Positions 57,704 to 64,000 of a stretch of DNA of 64,000 nucleotides are shown here, piece after piece. Made by a program: the position numbers and the translations under genes. The number at the start of each line of letters is the position of its first letter. The first letter of the stretch is position 1. The stretch comes from an uncultured bacterium. GTDB lineage: Bacteria > Krumholzibacteriota > Krumholzibacteriia > LZORAL124-64-63. The stretch covers positions 736,001-800,000 of the forward strand of contig CAVSGO010000005.1 of the NCBI GenBank assembly GCA_963727525.1, given 5' to 3'. The notes beneath the pieces are model-generated. The model made no database searches and was not told the DNA's origin. It saw only the letters and a list, made by a program, of their open reading frames with translations.

Positions 57704-59757
57704 TTAATAAACGATTAATTCTTTTGCTGCATTATAAATTTTTTCGGCATTTGGAAAAATTGCCTGTTCCAGAATTCTATTGAATCCAACCGGAGTAAAT
57801 GTTGAACCAACTCGTTTAACCGGAGCATCAAGAAATTCAAAAAGCTTTTTCGGCAATAATTGCACTGATTTCGCCACCAAAACCTCCATATACTTTATCT
57901 TCGTGCACAACCAAAACTTTATTTGTTTTTTTAACCGACTTTTCAATGGTTTCTTCATCCAGCGGAACAAGTGATCTTAAATCGATAACTTCCACACTCA
58001 CACCTTCCTTTCCAGTTTTTCCGCAGCATTTAAACTTAAATGTGTAGTATTTCCGTAAGTAATAATTGTAAGATCTGTACCTTCTCTGCGAATTCTTGCT
58101 TTTCCAAACGGCACTTCAAAATCATCGGGAACAACAGTTGCAGCTTTTGGATCCTGGTACAATGCTTTTGGTTCCATAAACATGGTCAATCCTCTGGAAC
58201 GGATGGCAGTACGCAACAAACCTGCTGCATCATCTGCAAAAGAAGGATAAACAATACGTACTCCCGGAATTGCAACCAAAGAACCTTCGATATTTTGCGA
58301 ATGATACATTCCACCGCCAATATACCCACCGGAAGCAAGCCTGATTGACTATGTTTGGTGAAAATTTTCCATTGGAGCGCCAGTAATCATGACTGGTATC
58401 AACATACTGTTCCATTGCCGGCCAGAAATAATCTGCAAATTCAGCACCTTCCACCACTACTCTTATTTTATCGTTATATCGTCGACATTCCATTTGCAGT
58501 TCCCATAATAAAATCTTCGGCAATTGGTGCATTAAACACTCTTTTCTTACCAAATTCCTGTTGCATTCCTTTGGAAACATTGAAAATTCCACCTTTATCT
58601 TTATTGGCCATATCCTGTCCCCAGATAAATGTATCCGGATTTAACCTGAATTCTGCTTTTAAGGTTTCATTCAATGCAGTTATCAGTTTTTTCTTTATAC
58701 CTTCCTGATTATGAATTCCATCAGGATATTTTTCCGCAATGATAAGGTTCGGGCAGAACAAAATCAAAAATGGAATCAGGATGAAGGATCGGGCGCTTTT
58801 AATGCTGCTTTATGTGCATCTTTTATAATTTGTTTTGTTTCTTCTTCAATAGCTTGAATTTCTTCTTCAGTAAAACGTTTGTACCGAATCAACATCCGTC
58901 TGAATTTTGCCAGCGGATCGTACTCTTCAACATAATTTCTTTCCGACTGACTGCGATAAAGCAAATGATCGTCGGAATTGGAATGAGAATGCATCCGGAT
59001 ACAATTTGCCTGCAAAACAACAGGCATCGATTCTTCAATCGCAATTCGTTTTGCTTCGGCCATCGCATTCATCGAATCAAAAACATCTTTTCCGTTGCAA
59101 TGAATAATTCGCAGATTTTTAAATCCGGTAAAATTATTTGCTACTTTTCGTTGTGCAGTCTGATCTTTTTTAGGAACAGAAATTCCATATCCATTATCCT
59201 GAATAACAAAAATAACAGGTAATTTTTCTTTGTCGGCGCCATTAAATGCTTCATAAACATACCCTTCACTAACTGATGATTCCCCTTGTCCGCTAATTGC
59301 AACTGCTTTTTCGCCATAATATTTAATAGCTCTGGCAACACCCACTGCATGCAAGTGTATGATTTCCGGTTGATGAGGAAACAGTGTGAATATTCCATTC
59401 AGGTTTTGCAAAATGGTTCGACATGTGCCTTCCGCCACTGGATGGATCAGTTGCTTTTGAAATTCCGTTAAGAATTATCTCTTCCGCAGTCATTCCGGCC
59501 GAAAGTGCAGATAACATATCGCGGTAATACAAAAATAGATGGTCTTTCTTTTTTTCAAAATGCTGCCCAACAGCCAGTTGAATTCCATCGTGACCGGCAT
59601 AAGGTGCATGATACGACCAACCAATGGCCTGTTTTAAATAATTGGGCGCTTTATTGTCAATCGCCCTTCCAATGGTCATTAATCTATACCATTTTTCAAG
59701 TGTTTCTTTTGGAGTTTTTTTAATGGAATAAATTTTTGGTATCTCTAATTCTTTCAT
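57704..59757 (-). CDS. 2-oxoacid dehydrogenase E1, fused alpha/beta (frameshifted)
   Basis: YAGHDGIQ, YYRD, GESSVSEG..QDNGYGIS (TPP binding), HSNSD, NAPIAE, HSQNIEG, LDAPVKRV. Confidence 0.9.
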
Positions 59758-59765
59758 ATTAAACT

Positions 59766-61085
59766 TTAAATTGAACGGTTTAAATCAAATTGTTCCAGGT
59801 TATCAGCAATTTTTCGGAGAAATGCACCTCCAAGCGCTCCATCAACAATACGATGATCGTATGAAAGTGATAAAAACATTTTATGCCTGATAACAATGGC
59901 ATCTCCGGTTGGTGTTTCCATAACAGCCGGTTTTTTCTCAATACTTCCGGTAGCCAGAATTGCAACCTGGGGCTGGTTAATAATTGGTGTTCCGATTAAA
60001 TTCCGGAACGAACCAAAATTGGTTATAGTAAATGTACCGCCCTGAATTTCTTCGGGTGAAAGTTTATTATTTCGTGCTGCAACCGCCAGACGATTCATTT
60101 CTTTTGTTAATCCAACAATATTTTTTTGTTCCGAATTTTTAATTACCGGGACAATCAGATTTCCATCGGGCTTGGCAACTGCAACACCGATATTGATATT
60201 TTTTCTCAGAATAATTTTATCGCCATCAACAGAAGAATTTACCATCGGAAATTCAGCTAAAGCTGCTAGCAGTTGCTTCAATAAAAAATGGCATGAACGT
60301 TATTTTTTCGCCATATTTATTTTGAAAAGCATCTTTATTTTTATTCCGCCAGAAAACCAATTCGGTAACATCTGCTTCAACAACAGAAGTAACATGTGGC
60401 GAAACCTGCTTCGACATTACCATATGATCGGCAATTAATTTGCGAACCCTGCCCATTTCAACAATTTGATCTTCTGCTCCAACAGATACTGGTACCGGTG
60501 CCGAAGTTTTTTGGTTTCAAAAAACGGAGCTCCCGATGCAGTTATTTCTTCTGCTTTACGCGATTCGAGTTTTGCTTTTAGTTGCTCTGTTTTCGATATA
60601 ATCCAGAATATCTTTTTTCTGAACCCGTCCATTTGCTCCCGAATCCTTCTATTGTTTCCAGTTCTTCCGACTGAAATATTTTCTTCTTTGGCAATGGTTC
60701 TTACCAAAGGTGAATAAAAACGATTCGATAATTTTCTGCTGTCGACAACTGTTTTTTCTTCCTGGTTCTTCAATTTCCACATTTGCTTTTTCAGCCTGAA
60801 GTTCCTCTTTTTCCGTTTCCGGAACTACTTCTGCATCTTCTTCCCTTCCATATTTAATATAGCTACAACTTCGCCAACCGGAACCAGACTGTCAACCGGA
60901 AACAATATTTTAGTCACAATACCATCAACAGGAGAAGGAATTTCAGAATCAACTTTATCTGTTGCAACTTCAAACAACATATCATCTTCTTCAATGGTAT
61001 CTCCTTCTTTTACAAACCATTTGGTGATTGTGCCTTCCTGAATACTTTCCCCAAGTTTAGGCATTACAATTTCAAATTTCGACAT
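59766..61085 (-). CDS. Dihydrolipoamide acyltransferase E2 (frameshifted)
   Basis: Lipoyl domain EVATDKVDSEIPSP, YSPLVR E3-binding region, GGTFTITN, SYDHRIVDG. Confidence 0.92.
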
Positions 61086-61321
61086 CGTTTTTTATGATTT
61101 ATTATTCGGTTAATTGCTATTTACGCCTTATTAAACATAACTAAAATTGAAATGTTCACATTGCAATTTTGTTTTAAATCAGTCATTTAAATATTTCATT
61201 TAATACCTAAATTTAAAAGCTAACTTACTTCAACAACAAATATTTGAATTAAAAAGGCTATAAAAAGAACAATTAAAATGAATACTGTATTTTGTAAAAA
61301 ATCAGATTCCTGCAATGCAGT

Positions 61322-62234
61322 TTACATTTGTAATGCACCAATTAATTCACTGGCTGACTGTAATTTATGTCGTTCAAGATATTCGTTTATTCCTTCAATA
61401 ATTTTTAAAGGAATAAACGGATCTTTAAAAATTGCTGTTCCAACCTGCACCGAAGTTGCACCGGCAAGCATGAATTCAATAGCATCGGCAGTATTCATAA
61501 TTCCTCCCATTCCAATAATTGGAATTTTAACTGCATGATAAACCTGCCAAACCATCCGCAACGCAATCGGTTTAATTGCCGGGCCCGACAAACCACCGGT
61601 TATTGTCGATAATAATGGAATACGTTTTTCTGCAGTCGATTGCCATACCCAAAAAAGTATTTACCAGCGAAACACTATCAGCTCCCTGTCCTTCCACTGC
61701 TTTTGCAATTTCAGTAATGTCAGTAACATTAGGCGACAGTTTTACAATGAGAGTTTTATTATACGCTTTTCTTACTTCGCTTGTAACTGCCTCAGCACTT
61801 GGACAACTTACACCAAAAGCCATTCCGCCTTCCTTTACATTTGGACACGAAATGTTTAATTCTATTGCAGGAATTTTCTCCAGTTCATTTACTTTTTCTG
61901 TAACTTCAATATACTCTTCAACTGTTGATCCATTTACATTAACAATGAGTGGTGTATTATAATTCTTAATCCGTGGATAAATATGTTCAATAAAATAATC
62001 GATTCCTTTATTTTGTAAACCAACTGCATTTAACATTCCGGAAGGAGTTTCAGCCATCCTTGGATAATTATTTCCATCGCGATTTCGCGGTGTTGTTCCT
62101 TTCAAAAAAATACCTCCAACCTGCGAAACATCATAAAAATCGTTCATTTCCTCCGCAAATCCACAAGTTCCGGAAGCCAGCATCACCGGGTTTTTCAATG
62201 TAAGATTATGTAATTTTACACTTAAATCTGCCAT
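61322..62234 (-). CDS. pyrD: Dihydroorotate dehydrogenase B catalytic subunit (frameshifted)
   Basis: [47 protein letters not shown]. Confidence 0.93.
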
Positions 62235-63006
62235 TTTAAATCTTTAATATTGAATACAGGACCTTCTGTACAAACACATAAATTACCTTTTACAGTAGGT
62301 TCAATACAGCACAAACAAACACCAAACCCACAAGCCATCAGGTTTTCGAGTGAAACTTCGCAAAAAACATCAGCGGCTTTTGCATCTTTTGCAACAGCTT
62401 TCATCATTTGTTCAGGGCCACAGGCATAAATTTTATTATATGACTGCAAATTTTTTTATACATCGAATGATGAATAACAAATCCTTTTTCACCCAGTGAT
62501 CCATCTTCTGTTGTAAAATGAAAATTTCCATAACTTACGGTATTCTTCAATATCAATATGATCTTCTTTTGTGCGTGCTCCAAGCAATATATCAACATTT
62601 TCTAACGGTAAATCTTGCTTCTTTTGCAAGAAAAAGCATTGGTGCAACACCACTTCCTCCACCAATCAGCAAAATTTTATCGTTTTATTCAGGAAATGTA
62701 AAATTTTTACCGAGCGGATAAATCAGATTTAAAAGTTCTCCGGATTTCATTTCTGTTAGTTTTTTAGAACCCCGCCCTAATATTTTTACAATTAATTGAT
62801 AACGTATTTGAGTTATAATCTACTTCAAATATTGAAAAAGGACGGCGTAAAAAAATTTCACTGGTATTTTTAACTTCAATATTAACAAACTGCCCGGGTT
62901 TTACAGTTGGTAATGTATTGTCAGTTTTTAAACGGAGTAAAAAATTGGTTGTATTTAATGGATATTTTCAACTACAATAAAATCTGCAACCGACTTCTTA
63001 TACCAT
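62222..63006 (-). CDS. pyrK: Dihydroorotate dehydrogenase electron-transfer subunit (frameshifted)
   Basis: [39 protein letters not shown]...CTEGPVF. Confidence 0.9.
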
Positions 63007-63095
63007 TACCAAATATATTTGCGGCAAAGATATAGAAATATTTATTTTACCCTATTCTTGAAAAAACGTAGTATGTTCAAATTAAATTCAAATAA

Positions 63096-63125
63096 AAAAG
63101 ACCGTTAAAAAATTAACGGTCTTTT
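63096..63125. terminator. Bidirectional intrinsic terminator
   Basis: AAAAGACCGTTAA-aaaa-TTAACGGTCTTTT. Confidence 0.75.
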
Positions 63126-63229
63126 ATCTTCTGTTTAACTCTGGTAACTAACTAAACTAAAACTTACTTGGGTTTGCAAATCTAAACTATATTAATTTTA
63201 CCATCCTGTCGTTGTAATATTGTACAGTA

Positions 63230-63260
63230 CAAATGTAAACATTAAATTTACATTTGCAAA
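63230..63260 (-). promoter_or_regulatory. Bacteroidota sigmaA-type promoter
   Basis: Minus strand TTTG-N19-TACATTTG matches the -33/-7 consensus TTTG-N19-21-TAnnTTTG. Confidence 0.6.
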
Positions 63261-63333
63261 CTTTTAAGGCAAAATATTTTTATATTGTAGAACATTTTTT
63301 GTTGACATAAGTAACAAAAATACAAATTGAGAA

Positions 63334-63753
63334 TTATTCAGGTTTATACAAAACGAATGTACCATCAGAGTGCAACAGTAACACTTTATCCAGAGCCTTT
63401 GAATGCGGAGATTGATTCTTTACTTCAGATTGATTATTAAGTTGATGGCTTTTTGTTGTTTTTAGGTGCCATTTCAGTCTATTTCCGGTGCAAGCTTGCA
63501 CTGCGGTTGAATTATCCGGATATATTTAAGATTTGGAAGTTTCACTGTTTACCATATTTCCTTCGCCGGTTAACAACCAGCGTGCATTTAAATCAGGAAA
63601 TACAAGCAGAAATTTTTCTATAAATGCCGCTCCTGGTTTGTTTCTTCCATTCAGTATATGAGAGATATTCGAACGCTGTACGTCCAGTTCAGAGGCCAAA
63701 TCTCCGGCTGATATACCTTTGTAATCGATGAATTGTTTTATTCTGTCTTTCAT
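63334..63753 (-). CDS. XRE-family HTH transcriptional regulator (frameshifted)
   Basis: LASELDVQRSNISHILNGRNKP, WLLTGEG; a C-terminal KVLLLHSDGTFVLYKPE segment in another frame ends at 63334. Confidence 0.8.
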
Positions 63754-64000
63754 AGTGAAAATGCAATAATAGAATTATACAAATGTAATTTTCTTCTTTA
63801 ACAATTCCAACTTATTCTAAAATATATTTTTGCATAAAATACCCACCAGAAAACAATTGACTATACCAGTACATCAGAAAATGCAGTGGTGTATACCTAA
63901 TTAAGCTTCAAAATACAGAACTTCAAATGACTTTAATTAAGCAATTTTATATACCTGATTTGAAAACAATTTAATTTTAATTTTAATCCGATATTTAATG

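Overview
The window is two unrelated pieces of DNA joined at about 22,705-22,712. Left (1-~22,705): GC-rich DNA with almost all ORFs intact; gene content suggests an FCB-group candidate-phylum bacterium such as Krumholzibacteriota (inference). It carries deaD (partial), AhpD/CMD and DODA enzymes, a sigma54-type two-component operon with an Omp85 and an outer-membrane barrel, several secreted proteins, a TMEM175 channel, tam and citrate lyase genes, and ends in a cluster of DnaA-box-like 9-mers. Right (~22,710-64,000): AT-rich Bacteroidota DNA (TAnnTTTG promoters, SusC/SusD). It begins inside a 5'-truncated IS4 transposase, followed by a histidine kinase, HU, a ~0.8 kb non-coding higher-order repeat array, an ECF/FecR/SusC/SusD/phytase locus, tRNA-Arg(TCT) and housekeeping genes (asnA, ndk, recF, ribH, yidC, pyrG, 2-oxoacid dehydrogenase, pyrD/pyrK). 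From ~30.5 kb onward most genes, including essential ones, carry indels, most likely sequencing errors. The most unusual elements are non-coding: the nested microsatellite array (27.6-28.4 kb), 11-bp-periodic palindromic elements (40.4 kb, 56.7-56.9 kb) and two candidate sRNAs. I found no clearly new complete system; the findings are leads. All calls come from reading the sequence; no database searches were run.
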